NCBI GenBank assembly: GCA_977017575.1
Contig: CDRNVI010000011.1
Coordinates: 248,001-312,000 of the forward strand
DNA from: Paramoeba atlantica
Lineage: Eukaryota > Protista > Discosea
Reading direction: 5' to 3'
DNA: 64,000 bases
Shown piece after piece: positions 1-11,078 of the stretch; within the stretch, counting starts at the first letter, position 1, and each line of letters starts with the position of its first letter. The position numbers and the translations under genes were made by a program. Under the pieces are notes generated by a model. It worked only from the letters and a program-made list of their open reading frames with translations, ran no database searches and was not told the origin of the DNA.

Positions 1-746
1 TTAATTCCAGAAGGTTCTACTTTCACCGGTTTAAGGAGTACATGGATTCCAAAGAACTTGCTTAATAAAACTGCTCCTGGTACAGTTTTGAGGGATGATA
101 ACAATTTCCCATTACTACACACGGAGCTCTAAAAACAAACGTCGTGCACCGCACATTATTTGTCAGTTGTACGCTTACATTACATTTCGGCCGATTGATA
201 TCTCATTCGTGGTACGCACTGTTTTTACCAAAGTAATTTTAATGTAAAGTCATTTTGAAGCGAAGAAAGATAATTCATAGATTTCTTTCATACCATCAAT
301 GGTCCATGATAGTGTAATTCTCTTGTTCTACACCAAATTACTCCCCCCTCCATAAGTAATTATAAATACACCTTGAACTAGCACTTTTACTCCCTTGCGA
401 CTTATAATTCCTATGCCTTTCATAAGTAATTATAAATACAACTTCGATCGATTCGATCGATATTTTTTGTCGCGTTTTTTTTATTTTCTCTTTTTTGTCA
501 TTTCTATTTATTTTTAGTGTCCTGTCACTACTTCACTTAATCCTTCTCAAAGATGTCTCGAAAAAGGTCATCAAGCGGGTCTTCTTCAATAGCCGACTTA
601 TCTCGGTTGGCGGTAGACCATCAAAAAGGTGGGTTGAGAAAAAGGTTCTCTGGTTTCACTCCATATTCGAAATGAGTGAAATATTTAGCATAACAATTTT
701 AGTGCTATACACTGTATATACCATCACCCTGTTGGCTGGTATTTTA

Positions 747-1150
747 TTCTGTACCTTGTTGACACCCCCCATGTGCCCCTTCTCCCAGCCACGCTCCCCG
801 CCACGCTTGCCACCGCGCGACCCGCCGCTCTCCCCGCCACGCTCACCACTGCGCTCCCCCCGCCCCACCCGCCGCGCTTCCGCCTCGCTACCCGACGCGC
901 CACCCGTAGCTCTCCCCACCGCATTTTCCGAGTATGGAGCTACCCGGCGTCAGCACAAGACGTCAAGAAACTGCGTCTCTTGCTCCCATCCTGAATGAAG
1001 GTCAATCGCGGCGATCTGCGATTGGCTATGCAAACTGCTCCGAAAGGAGCGGTGACGGCTCGGAATATACCTGAGCTGTCAGCCACCTCATCTGGATGGT
1101 TGAGGGCCCACAGCCTTTCGAGGCCAAATGGGCGGCTGACCATGACCATA
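747..1150 (+). mobile_element. SL-headed GC-rich non-autonomous retroelement, copy 1 (family C); tail region split by the insertion at 1159
   Basis: Starts with SL 3' end TTCTGTACCTTGTTG (747-761), then C-rich repeats and the box TGGAGCTACCCGGYGTCAGCAC..AAGACGTCAAGAAACT shared with 18645-18685, then a hairpin-rich segment; no TSD found. Confidence 0.55.
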
Positions 1151-1373
1151 CATGTATACTGTGACCCCCCCCTTTAATATGGACAGGGGGTATCCCCCCC
1201 CTTTATTATGGACAAATCCGACCGGGCGCCGCGCAGCGGCGCCAATTTTTTTTTTTGACGTACCCTTTTTTTTGTCTCTTTTTTTCTGTTTTTTAGGGTA
1301 TCTGTAGCTAGGTAATTTTATCAGCTTTCACATAGTTCGTCATGTTCATATATTTCAGTCATTTTTCAACCTA

Positions 1374-1781
1374 ATGAATTCCGTGGAAGGACCCTTAACC
1401 TCTTGGATTAAGGCAACACCCCCAAAGCCACAGGTAGGTAATCCAACAATGTTGATTACAAATGAGCGCAATGTCCACGCTTCTTTAGATATCCACGTGA
1501 AAGAGAAAAGGGGACGAACTGAGCTTAATATATACGAGAAGCGCGAAATCTGCCGATCGACTCTCTCGGTAAAAAGAATCCGAGAAAAATACGGAATTTC
1601 GCGAAGCGGAGTATATGAAATCCGTAGCCACGGTATGAGCTACTTTCAAAAACTCATTGATCGTTCCATGGGGAGCAACCACAGGAGACTCCTCCCACCC
1701 TGGTTGATACGTGGAAAAAATTTCGACGTCCCAAAAGCTGTCTTACCACGCACGCGGTGGATCAGCTCTGCCAAAACGTAA
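1374..1781 (+). CDS. 135-aa ORF with psq/CENP-B-like helix-turn-helix
   Basis: EKREICRSTLSVKRIREKYGISRSGVYEIR resembles the N-terminal HTH of pogo transposases. Confidence 0.55.
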   Translation: MNSVEGPLTSWIKATPPKPQVGNPTMLITNERNVHASLDIHVKEKRGRTELNIYEKREICRSTLSVKRIREKYGISRSGVYEIRSHGMSYFQKLIDRSMGSNHRRLLPPWLIRGKNFDVPKAVLPRTRWISSAKT

Positions 1782-2398
1782 TGGAGGTATATCGGGAATT
1801 GCCTAATGCAGACAGGCATCTCATGTTCCTAAATACCGGACAGACGCAGTTGATGTTAGGCCTGGGCCGCGAGCCAAAACAGCATATTACATCGGTTCGT
1901 CGAATAGCCGCGGCTTTAATTTTTAATGGGCATTTTATCCTTGTCAATTTCCAGAGGTTTGGGCTAACTGTTTTCGACAGTTACGAAACATATTGTCCCT
2001 CTGCTCGATCTGATTTTCTGAACAGCATCATGATTCACATGCGTCCGCTGATAGGTTTCTCTGCGGAGATGAAGATTAAATACGCCGCAGTGCCGCAACA
2101 GCAACCAATGACGAATGAATGCGGGCTCCATTTGGTAAACAATCTGTGTAACTTGCTTTTTTTAGTTCCCGTGGAGAACAAGCTCACACGCAAAAATATC
2201 TCAAAAACATGGCGACCATGCGTTCCCGGTGCTCTGTCTAATCGTCCTGCCCTCACTGAAGAGCTTCACGATGAGGAAATAATTGACACTCAAGATTGTT
2301 TGGGGCAACTAATGCTTCATCCAGACAATGACCGCGGGGACATGGACACAGAGGGGTGGGATCAGTCAGTAGCGTATGATGATACTTTTGAATTGTAA
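1781..2398 (+). CDS. Ulp1/C48-like (clan CE) cysteine peptidase
   Basis: H-D-Q/C motifs in order: NGHFILV, VFDSY, QQPMTNECGLHL; ATG at 1781 overlaps the upstream TAA; acidic tail. Confidence 0.7.
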   Translation: MEVYRELPNADRHLMFLNTGQTQLMLGLGREPKQHITSVRRIAAALIFNGHFILVNFQRFGLTVFDSYETYCPSARSDFLNSIMIHMRPLIGFSAEMKIKYAAVPQQQPMTNECGLHLVNNLCNLLFLVPVENKLTRKNISKTWRPCVPGALSNRPALTEELHDEEIIDTQDCLGQLMLHPDNDRGDMDTEGWDQSVAYDDTFEL

Positions 2399-3121
2399 AA
2401 GGGCTGTTATTTTATTTTGTTGTGATAAGTTTACGTGGGTTTTTTTACGTGAGCTCTTAACGTTGGTCTTGTTTTTTCCCGTCGTGAACGTAAGTTCTTT
2501 CTTTCCACCTTTAGTTCATTTGCGTGAAACTTTGTATGAGTAGGAAGTTTGGGCTCGATTTTTACGTTAGAACATCTACAATTTAACTGAATGGAACCTT
2601 TATAGCTACACGGAATATAGAGCTGAATGTGAGCATGCATGATTTTTTGCTTGTTGTTAATTTTTTATTCCTAATTATAGTGTACATCAATAATGTATAT
2701 CCTCCATGTACCCTTCACCCTTATGAAGAAGTGCCCCTTCACCCCTCATTGACGCCCTCCTCCCCCGCCCTCTTCCTCTGCTCTCCTCGCCCTCTCTCCT
2801 GGACATGGATTTTACAAATTTGATTTTTTGTCGTATTATAAGTAAAAAAGGTGCCGTGAAGCGGCGCCGAATTTTTTTTCACACCCCTTTCATCGCCCCC
2901 CCCCTTTATTATGGACAAAAGCCGAAAAAGTGTCCATATTAAAGGGGGAGGTCACAGTACCATCACATCACATGAAATTCCAATTTCTACCCCTCTCCAG
3001 GTTCACTAGATTCACATCCATAAGTGATTATAATTATAAATATAAATTCAAAAAAATTATAATTTATACTTATAATTACTTGTGTAGGGGGGAGTAGTGT
3101 AAATTTGAGTTTACAGTAAGT

Positions 3122-3832
3122 ATGTCTCTTCAAAACTTGGTTTACGAAGGCCTCCAGCGAGGAAGAGCACGAAATATCCCTATGCCTGTAGAATATGACT
3201 TGATACGCATGCTACAGAATATTACTAGCCCAGATCCTTTGTACAATACGAGTCTTTCTTCCTGTGAGTGGGAATTCGCTTCATGTGATGAAGAGCGTAA
3301 TGTCGTTAGCGTAGATCTCGAGAATCACAGACTTGAGGGGGAAATAAACTGGAAGCATGCTCCAACGACTATCGAGGGGTTCTATATTGGCAGGAATCTT
3401 CTCCGAGGAAGTATTGCGCTCGCTATTATGCCCCCACAACTCGAAGTATTAAACGCACGAGATAACTGTTTGACAGGAACTATTCAGTTTTCCGAAGCAC
3501 CTCGATCAATTAAACACATTCTATTAGATCACAACTTGCTATCCGGAGAGATTCGACTTCGCGGTTTGCCGCAAACTTTTGAAGTATTGGACGTTTCTCA
3601 TAACACTCTGACCGGAGCACTAGATTTCTATAATTTTCCATCCACTCTTCGTGTGTTACGTCTGAACGATAATTTATTTACCGGTTCTGTTGAACTGGAT
3701 TTCTTTCCCGACCAAATTGAAGAAGTATATCTTCATAACAATCCGAATCTAGAGGGCGACTGGTTTTGGCTAAAAATTCCAATGTCGATAAAGGATTGGA
3801 AATGGGAAAATACTAAAATTGTAGAATTCTAG
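3122..3832 (+). CDS. leucine-rich repeat protein with CxWxxxxC N-cap
   Basis: CEWEFASCD cap followed by LxxLxLxxNxLxG repeats. Confidence 0.85.
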   Translation: MSLQNLVYEGLQRGRARNIPMPVEYDLIRMLQNITSPDPLYNTSLSSCEWEFASCDEERNVVSVDLENHRLEGEINWKHAPTTIEGFYIGRNLLRGSIALAIMPPQLEVLNARDNCLTGTIQFSEAPRSIKHILLDHNLLSGEIRLRGLPQTFEVLDVSHNTLTGALDFYNFPSTLRVLRLNDNLFTGSVELDFFPDQIEEVYLHNNPNLEGDWFWLKIPMSIKDWKWENTKIVEF

Positions 3833-3988
3833 AAAGTCGATACACGGGGAGCTACGGCCTAAAATTCTGAAACAGCCCTAAACAGTGGTTTTTTTTCAGT
3901 ATGTAAGTTTTAAGTTGTTTCAGCAAAATAACTTATTAGTGCGATTCTGGAAAAGCTTTTTTATTTAACAATGATCCAGCGATACTAA

Positions 3989-5301
3989 GAGGGGGGGCCA
4001 CCGCCAATGCGACACTGCCATATTCTGCCGATCGCAGGGGTTTCGTCCTTTTGAGGCGTACTTTATTTTTGGAACCTGCCCCGCGCCGCGAAGCGGCGCG
4101 CTTCTTTTGTGTGGAAAGCTTTTTTTGATTTGGTGCTTATATGCCCCTCCAGTAATAGAATCGATTTTGGATCAAAATGGATCAAATCCTTATTACTGAG
4201 GGGGCATACTTTTTGGGAGAGAAAGGTGCTTTTTTGTTCATGAGTGCGTTGATTTTCAGTCCATCCAACCCCGCAACCACGCTCCACATTCGCTCCCTTG
4301 CAACCGCCCTCACCCCGCCCAAATACCCCCACCCGCCCAAACACCTACTGGACATTAAACGGGACATTAAACGCGGTGGTTGTTTTCAACGTAGAAGTCA
4401 CTCATGCTGCGTGCTTCGAGTTGAAAACTACCCCCGCGTTTAATGAAGCGACTAAAAAAGAAAAATTGCCAAAAAGATCACGAATAATACAATTTTTTGG
4501 GTGAAAATGCCCGATTTTTGGGCCAAAAAAGCGAAATTTTGACCCAAATTTGGGCTGCTTTTGATGCCTTACCAGTAGGGGTAGGAGGCGCACCTGACGA
4601 AAAAACCGTCGTAGAATGGTAGCCCAAACTCTTAAAATATGTTTTAGGAGTCGATTTAGGAAAAATAATATTTTTACTTTTCTTTTGGATTTTTTTTGGA
4701 ATTTCGAACTTGTCGGGCCCCTCCTACGCGTACCAGGGGGGTTCACCCCCAAGTGGGGGGGGGGGGGGGGGAATTATCGCCGCGGCGTACTCTAACACTT
4801 CCCTTCGCTGGATTTCGAAACATAAGATTTTTAAAGAGCATATGCCCCCCCTCGACCCCCCATTTTTTTCAACTTTGTTTTTCAATGTTTGGACCTACGA
4901 CGACTATGTTGTATGCCAGGTGACGCTTCGCGAGGAAGGGCTTGCAAAGTCAATCCTCGACCTCATCACGTATCATGGTGTGTGGCTTGGTGTACATGAA
5001 AAAAAAATCATGTGGTGAAGTAAGCTCTCGAACTACAATCAAAACAAGGCAAATACTAAAAATTTAAGACTTTTAACACACATCTAACATAATTTTCGTA
5101 CATTTTTAGCAAAGAACATTTTTTTAGCACAAAGTACATGCTGGATGTCACGCTTAAGTAACTGAGGACTTACGCCGCGAAGCGGCACCGATTTTTTTTT
5201 CACATGGGACTTTTTTTCTCCGCTGCAGTCCTCGTTAACAGCAGATTATTGCCCATTTCTGCCATATTCTGCCGATCACCACAGACGCGTGGCCCCCCCT
5301 C
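3989..5301. mobile_element. non-autonomous element with TAA TSD (PIF/Harbinger-like)
   Basis: 13-bp TIR GAGGGGGGGCCAC/GTGGCCCCCCCTC flanked by TAA on both sides; subterminal direct repeat CTGCCATATTCTGCCGATC; a similar terminus occurs at ~20763. Confidence 0.65.
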
Positions 5302-5436
5302 TAAGATAGCCTACTGGTCACAATCCAGTTGTTTAATTTTCTATGCGACAATCGTTTTATATACAAACGTTCAGCTTTTCTAGAGTAGTAACTCTCATTT
5401 ATTTAATAATTTTCAATACTTTTGTTGATTTATGTT

Positions 5437-5757
5437 TTACACAAGAACATTTGTGGGTTCTACCATACCGAGAGTAACTCGATTTAGTACGTCTTTTCCG
5501 ATCACTTCTTCTAGGCACTTGCGATGCATTCTGTTAAATTCCTCGAGTACAAGTCCACTGTGTACGTATCTGACTCCAGCGCGTGTAATTCTGCAAAGCA
5601 CTCCTTTTCTCGCAATAGACGGTCTTACAACTGCAATTTGTGCCGGACCGGCAACTTCTCCTCTGATGACCTCATCGAGCGTTCTTCTTACTTTAATGTC
5701 TCTTCTCAATGAGTTGGGTCCCATTATGTTTTGCAGAATCTTATCAATGTTAAGCAC
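5437..5757 (-). CDS. hypothetical 106-aa protein
   Basis: ATG-initiated ORF of normal composition in non-repetitive DNA; no recognisable motif; an overlapping + strand ORF also exists. Confidence 0.35.
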   Translation of the reverse strand: MLNIDKILQNIMGPNSLRRDIKVRRTLDEVIRGEVAGPAQIAVVRPSIARKGVLCRITRAGVRYVHSGLVLEEFNRMHRKCLEEVIGKDVLNRVTLGMVEPTNVLV

Positions 5758-6354
5758 ATGTTATACAAAACAATTAAACGTATATGGCATCTAATTTATG
5801 AGGGGCGGGGGTGTAGGCTTCCGGTGGGCCAGTGGAAAAATTAATCTTACTGCAATAATTTATCTTCTTGTGAACAGGGCATCGGTTTTTTGACAAGAGG
5901 AAAATATATTACATAAAACAATTACATTAAAAAAGTACATTCTTGCTGTCCCATTTTTACTTAGATTAACCCCTTTATTCTTCTATTTTGAAAGCATTGA
6001 AAACCCTATGTATACTGAAAAAAAGATTGATGATGCGATTAAAAGGGACATAAGACAAAAAGTGGGGAAAAATATTCGTCGCATTCTATTGACGATGAAA
6101 GCACCAAGAATGCCTTTCAAAAATGTCTCTCAAAAAAAAAAGAATGTCTTCATTAACATTTGGTGTGTCACAGAGAATATTTTTTTCTATCAATCTTGAG
6201 TATGATCATTTATCTTAAGTACGGCGTGCTTTTGTGCTAGTATAGAAGACGCTTACAGGTGATTCTTTCCAGCGGGAGGTACATGTATGTATTACACTAA
6301 CGTAGTAAATAAAACATTTTTCTAAATCATTACGTTATCATTCCAATAGCCTCC

Positions 6355-8631
6355 ATGAAAGAAGATAACTCGTGCGATTTGTTGGGAGACTTTAAAGCGG
6401 AAGCTGCTTCTCTTTCCCGCGGAGCAGTTGCGACTGCAGAAGGTGTGCAGTTGCACGATCTGATATCTGCGGTAGAAATTCTTGATCCGCGGACGGACAG
6501 CAATGTTTCCTACCAAAAGGTGAAAACATTGAGGTTACTTCAATTGAGTGGGGACATTCTTACTTACGACGAATTGAGTGGTATATCTCATCAAGATATG
6601 CAATCGTTTGTGCAGAATATGCTGGGGCTCGAAGTGCAGTGGTTAGAGGGTCGGTCCTTACCGCAAACAGTATACACCTGTCCGTATCTTTTTCGAATGG
6701 ATGACTTTAGACGTGTTTGTCCCATTTTACATGCTTACCTTCGTGGTGTTCTTCGCTTTCTTCTACTTACATTGGAAACTTTAATGCGAGCAGACGTTCG
6801 TGAGGACGATGAGTTTCCTGTATATACCTTCGGATTTGATCTCTTACACAATGATACGACTGAAAACGTCCTAGAAGCGCTCGATGAGGCTGCCAAGTTG
6901 TTAGAAAAACAAGGGGCATCACTACAACTGATTGCGTACTTTAGCTTGCATTCATCATTCATACGCTTACTCAACGAGTTGCCCCCTCGCAAAGTTTGTC
7001 CTTCCACATCAATTTCACAAACTCTGGAAAGCATTTCCAACTGCCTAAGCTTACTTCGCAGTACCGACGTGCGTACAGAGGCTTCGGTAAAAATGTTCCA
7101 CCCCGTAACTCTCAAATGGGTTGCCACTTTAACTCCTTTGCGTGTGCTAAAGCCACTGGAAAGAAATGACATTTTTCTCTACCTTCAAAAGATTGTTTCG
7201 GATATTGAAATCATACTATATTATACTAATTTCCTCCGGAAAGATCTTGCAGAGTACTTCACTTTCGTTTTGAGTTTCAGTTCCCGTCAACCTTGCCTTT
7301 TAGCGCGCTCACTGCTCATGCTTCTGACTTACGACCCGGAGAAAGAAATTTTTTTGAGCATTGCACCGATGATAAGTTGTGTTCAGTCTATGTTGACCGA
7401 CACTTATGGTTGCCCTACTATTGCGGCAGTTATTCAAGGCGAGACGAAAACTCTTCATGCAGTCTGCGAATATCGCAATCAAAGGATTCGAGACTTTAAA
7501 AAACATTCTGCACGAACTCCGCCTCAGGAATTGCTGGATATAAACCTAGAGAAGCAAATTATTTCAGCACAGGTAAGTGAAGTCGTTCACCTCATCGGGA
7601 GATTTTTTCTACATTTCATGTACTGTTCTCTTCATAATCGTGCAAAGTATCGACGGCGCCTTGCCAATCTATTTCCTGAGCTAGCAGGCCTGCAACAAAA
7701 AGCGTGGGACATTGACACCACCGTATTAGGAGGTGGCATGCTATGCGTTGAGCATTCTCAAAACATTGGAAAGGGTATGTCCGATGGCAATTCATGCGAA
7801 CAGTGCGCTTCAGTACAGCAAGCTGCGGTTCTGTCGGCTTTAGTGGTTGATCTTTCTACAAGGTTGATGATGGAATATCTTATCCTTGGAATCGAATTGC
7901 AGCTTTTCGCTAATGAAGAGCTGAATTTTGTGTTTTCATACATGGATTATATTTTGGCACACATGTGTGAGTTTTCTACGACTCTCTACCGAATTCGTGA
8001 GCTCATTCCGAGGAGTCCTAAAGCGATGAGACTTTTTTCCCCGATCGTTAGGGAAAGGAAGCTATGTTTCCCTACACCAACTGTTGCGCTCCGAGTAGAC
8101 GTTCAGCGTATAGCTCTGAATGCAGTGTTGAAGTTACACTTCTATTTGCAGCGCAGTGGAATTCTTGCACCTACCATAAAAAAGTCACTTTCTTCCCTTG
8201 AAATGAAATATAAGCATCGTTTTGGCCCCTTTGAATACCTCCTTCGTCCCTCCTATTTTTCATACGCTTCCTATCAAATAGCACTACTAAACATACAAGA
8301 GGTGGGACAAGAAAAGTTGCTTGAACGGACGCTCTCTCTCTTCTTTCAGGCGTTAGAGCGGTTGGAAGATGTAACTAGCACCGTACGATCTCACCAGAAT
8401 TCTGATCCACTATTTCTCGAACAAAGCGATTCCTTGAAGGCGGCCATAAAAAACAACATAGTCTGCGGCAAACTACTTAATACCTTATCGAAATCTGGGC
8501 AGACATCGCAGTGGGAGGCCACACTCGAGGTCCCTCCATCGGATGCTTTTTCCCGAGCTTGCCAAGGCCCACGAGAAAGCATGTCAAGGCAGATACCCCA
8601 GTATCGTCTATCTAGAAAAATTGAAGCGTAA
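6355..8631 (+). CDS. NAA35: N-alpha-acetyltransferase 35, NatC auxiliary subunit (Mak10)
   Basis: 758 aa; N-terminal LHDLISAVEILDPRTDS motif and C-terminal KYKHRFGPF motif typical of Mak10. Confidence 0.85.
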   Translation: MKEDNSCDLLGDFKAEAASLSRGAVATAEGVQLHDLISAVEILDPRTDSNVSYQKVKTLRLLQLSGDILTYDELSGISHQDMQSFVQNMLGLEVQWLEGRSLPQTVYTCPYLFRMDDFRRVCPILHAYLRGVLRFLLLTLETLMRADVREDDEFPVYTFGFDLLHNDTTENVLEALDEAAKLLEKQGASLQLIAYFSLHSSFIRLLNELPPRKVCPSTSISQTLESISNCLSLLRSTDVRTEASVKMFHPVTLKWVATLTPLRVLKPLERNDIFLYLQKIVSDIEIILYYTNFLRKDLAEYFTFVLSFSSRQPCLLARSLLMLLTYDPEKEIFLSIAPMISCVQSMLTDTYGCPTIAAVIQGETKTLHAVCEYRNQRIRDFKKHSARTPPQELLDINLEKQIISAQVSEVVHLIGRFFLHFMYCSLHNRAKYRRRLANLFPELAGLQQKAWDIDTTVLGGGMLCVEHSQNIGKGMSDGNSCEQCASVQQAAVLSALVVDLSTRLMMEYLILGIELQLFANEELNFVFSYMDYILAHMCEFSTTLYRIRELIPRSPKAMRLFSPIVRERKLCFPTPTVALRVDVQRIALNAVLKLHFYLQRSGILAPTIKKSLSSLEMKYKHRFGPFEYLLRPSYFSYASYQIALLNIQEVGQEKLLERTLSLFFQALERLEDVTSTVRSHQNSDPLFLEQSDSLKAAIKNNIVCGKLLNTLSKSGQTSQWEATLEVPPSDAFSRACQGPRESMSRQIPQYRLSRKIEA

Positions 8632-9020
8632 GTGTACGTCTTCTAATCTACAGATAACTAGATTGCAATGGACTGAAAACGAAATTATAGCACAAGAGTT
8701 TAATTTTGCATTTTTCTCCCATCTCCGAATGCGTTACAATCCTTCGTTTGTTAACTTCCACAACAACATTGGGTTCTAATATTTGCTTTAGTATTAATAT
8801 TTGCTTTAGTATTAGTCTGAGAATTAACCTCGCACGCCAGTGATATAGCAGCCACCCACACTTACAACCTTCTCCCACTACTTGTCACTTTCTCCCCTTT
8901 TTTCCTCCACAACCCGCTTTCCTTTTCTGAAAAATATCATATTCTCTTCAAAAAAATATTTTTATTAAACGATTTTAGCAAACGAAAGAAATCTTTTCTT
9001 AATCTCTCTCCCCCCTTCCC

Positions 9021-9797
9021 ATGTCCCGGTACGACTCGCGCACCACCATGTTCTCCCCCGAGGGGCGGGTCTACCAAGTGGAGTACGCGCTACAATCCAT
9101 CGAGCACGCAGGCTGTGCGATCACGGTCGTCTCCCCCCACCACGGGGTAGCCTTCGTCGCGGAGAAGCGCCTCCCGTCCCCGTTGCTGGACCGCGACCGC
9201 AGTGCCCTCTCCGGGGATAAGATATTTATGTTGGATGACCACCTTGCGCTGGTGGTGGCCGGGATGACGAGTGATAGCTACCTACTCGTGGAGTACGCCC
9301 GCCGGGTGGCGCAGTCCCACCGCGCTACCTACCATGAGGGGATCACAGTGGATGCTATGGCCCAGCGTGTGGCGGATTTAAAACAGAGCTACACGCAGTA
9401 CGGTGGGCTGCGGCCATTTGGGGTGTCGTTTCTGTTGGCTGGGTATGATGAGGTGGGGGGGTTTCAGTTGTTCTGTACGGAGCCCAGTGGGAACTACTCC
9501 GCGTGGAGAGCCCATGCGATTGGGAATGGCAGCACCACGGCGCAGAGTGTGCTGAAAGGGGAGTGGAGGGAGGAGATGAGTTTGCAGGAGGGTGTGCAGA
9601 TCGCGTTGAAGGCGGTTTCTCGAGTGTTGGATGTGGCGGCTCTGTCGGAGGATAAGGTCGAGGTCAGTACGCTTTCCTTTGAAAATACGAGTGGGGCTCC
9701 TGAACTGAGGTTCCGAATGATTCAAGGAGGGGCATTGGACGAGTACATTGCTGCAGGGAAACTACACGGAACAGAAGAAATCGGAAATACCAGATAA
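9021..9797 (+). CDS. PSMA4: 20S proteasome subunit alpha type-4 (alpha3)
   Basis: MSRYDSRTTMFSPEGRVYQVEYA; YTQYGGLRPFGVSFL; PSGNYSAWRAHAIG. Confidence 0.95.
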   Translation: MSRYDSRTTMFSPEGRVYQVEYALQSIEHAGCAITVVSPHHGVAFVAEKRLPSPLLDRDRSALSGDKIFMLDDHLALVVAGMTSDSYLLVEYARRVAQSHRATYHEGITVDAMAQRVADLKQSYTQYGGLRPFGVSFLLAGYDEVGGFQLFCTEPSGNYSAWRAHAIGNGSTTAQSVLKGEWREEMSLQEGVQIALKAVSRVLDVAALSEDKVEVSTLSFENTSGAPELRFRMIQGGALDEYIAAGKLHGTEEIGNTR

Positions 9798-10196
9798 TGG
9801 CATGCAGCAAAAATGTCATTCAGTTTATTTTTGATTGTATTCAACATATTTATGGTAAGTTCGCTAGCCGTGTTTGTTGTTGCTGCATTTTTTTAGTAAC
9901 ATACAACGCATTCTTTAATTCATTCGGTTGCCCTTTTGTAGACTCCGTATTTCTCGACTTGGCGCCGATTTTTTTGCAAAGATTATACATGTGCGTTGGC
10001 CGACAATTTTCTCTTTTATTTAGTAGGCCAAGTACTCCATCGTATGCGTTGTCTTCTGTCTATTTTTAGGTAACCAAAAGTGGGGTCAGATACGTAGTAC
10101 TGTATGCCGTTATGTGTGCCAACATTTTAACCCAACTGATCTCACAATTTTCGGTTTGAAAGTACACTTTGGAATCTACCCTAAATACTTTTTACC

Positions 10197-11078
10197 ATGT
10201 CCGTTGATGAAGCTCATGCGATCACGCAAAAAGCAGAAAAAACCGTAAAAACGTTTTCTCTTTTTGGTGGCACTTCCAAGTACGAAAAGGCCAGAACGTT
10301 GTTCAACACCGCCGCGAATCTCTATAAGGCTGCGGGAAATTGGTCCGATGCGGCTGAGTCGTACACGCGTGCCTACGACATGGCTGCCAAGCTCAATGAG
10401 GAGCACTCCATTGTAGAAGATCTTCGAAACGCGGCTCGCATGTATCACTTAAGTAGCGACCCGCGGGCCCTGCGCTATCTGGAAAAGGCCTCGGAGCTAC
10501 TTTTGGCGCGTGGGCGGAATGGGCCTGCCGCTAAGCTGTGCACCACCGCCGGGGAGACGTGCGAGCTCCAAAGCGACACGACGGGGGCTGTAGATTGGTA
10601 TCAGCGAAGTTCGAAACTATGGCACCGGGAGGGTAGCGCAAGGACGGCGGACGAAATCTCTCTTCGTGCTTCACGACTCCTCGCGCTCTCCGGGGAATAC
10701 CGCCAAGCTCTGGAGATTTACGAGAAAGTGGGAAAGACGTATGCTAAGGATAGGGTACTTCGCGGGTGTGCGAGAAGGGAACTTTTGCTGGCGGGTTTGT
10801 GCCATTTGGCGCTCATCCGTCCATTAAATAAGGAGGAAGGGGTGTCATCTTTCTACGAGACTTTGCGATATTATGAGCGTCTTGATTCATTCTTTACCCA
10901 ACAGTCATGGGAACACCGAATTCTATCTCAAATTGCGCAGGCTTTTCAGGAAGAGAGTTTGGAATTGTTTGATATGAGTATTCAAAATTACAAAGAGGTA
11001 CATCCCTTGGATGAGGTGCGCACGAAGCTTCTTCTTCACATACGGAACGTTTTAGAGTTGTCTGGCTGCGAGCTGTGA
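10197..11078 (+). CDS. NAPA: alpha-soluble NSF attachment protein (alpha-SNAP/Sec17)
   Basis: SLFGGTSKYEKA..AANLYKAAGNWSDAAESY; TPR-like helices; 293 aa. Confidence 0.9.
   Translation: MSVDEAHAITQKAEKTVKTFSLFGGTSKYEKARTLFNTAANLYKAAGNWSDAAESYTRAYDMAAKLNEEHSIVEDLRNAARMYHLSSDPRALRYLEKASELLLARGRNGPAAKLCTTAGETCELQSDTTGAVDWYQRSSKLWHREGSARTADEISLRASRLLALSGEYRQALEIYEKVGKTYAKDRVLRGCARRELLLAGLCHLALIRPLNKEEGVSSFYETLRYYERLDSFFTQQSWEHRILSQIAQAFQEESLELFDMSIQNYKEVHPLDEVRTKLLLHIRNVLELSGCEL

Larger units (their letters stand above)
1159..2957 (+). mobile_element. pogo-like TIR element carrying HTH and Ulp1-like ORFs, no DDE domain
   Basis: 27-bp TIRs CTGTGACCYCCCCCTTTAATATGGACA (1 mismatch), TA on both sides, internal direct repeat CCCCCCCTTTATTATGGACAAA near both ends. 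Confidence 0.85.
341..3094. mobile_element. TA-flanked mariner/Stowaway-like non-autonomous element hosting nested insertions
   Basis: Imperfect TIRs TA|CTCCCCCCTCCATAAGTAATTATAA (341) and TTATAATTACTTGTGTAGGGGGGAG|TA (3094); subterminal CATAAGTAATTATAAATA repeats. Confidence 0.6.
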
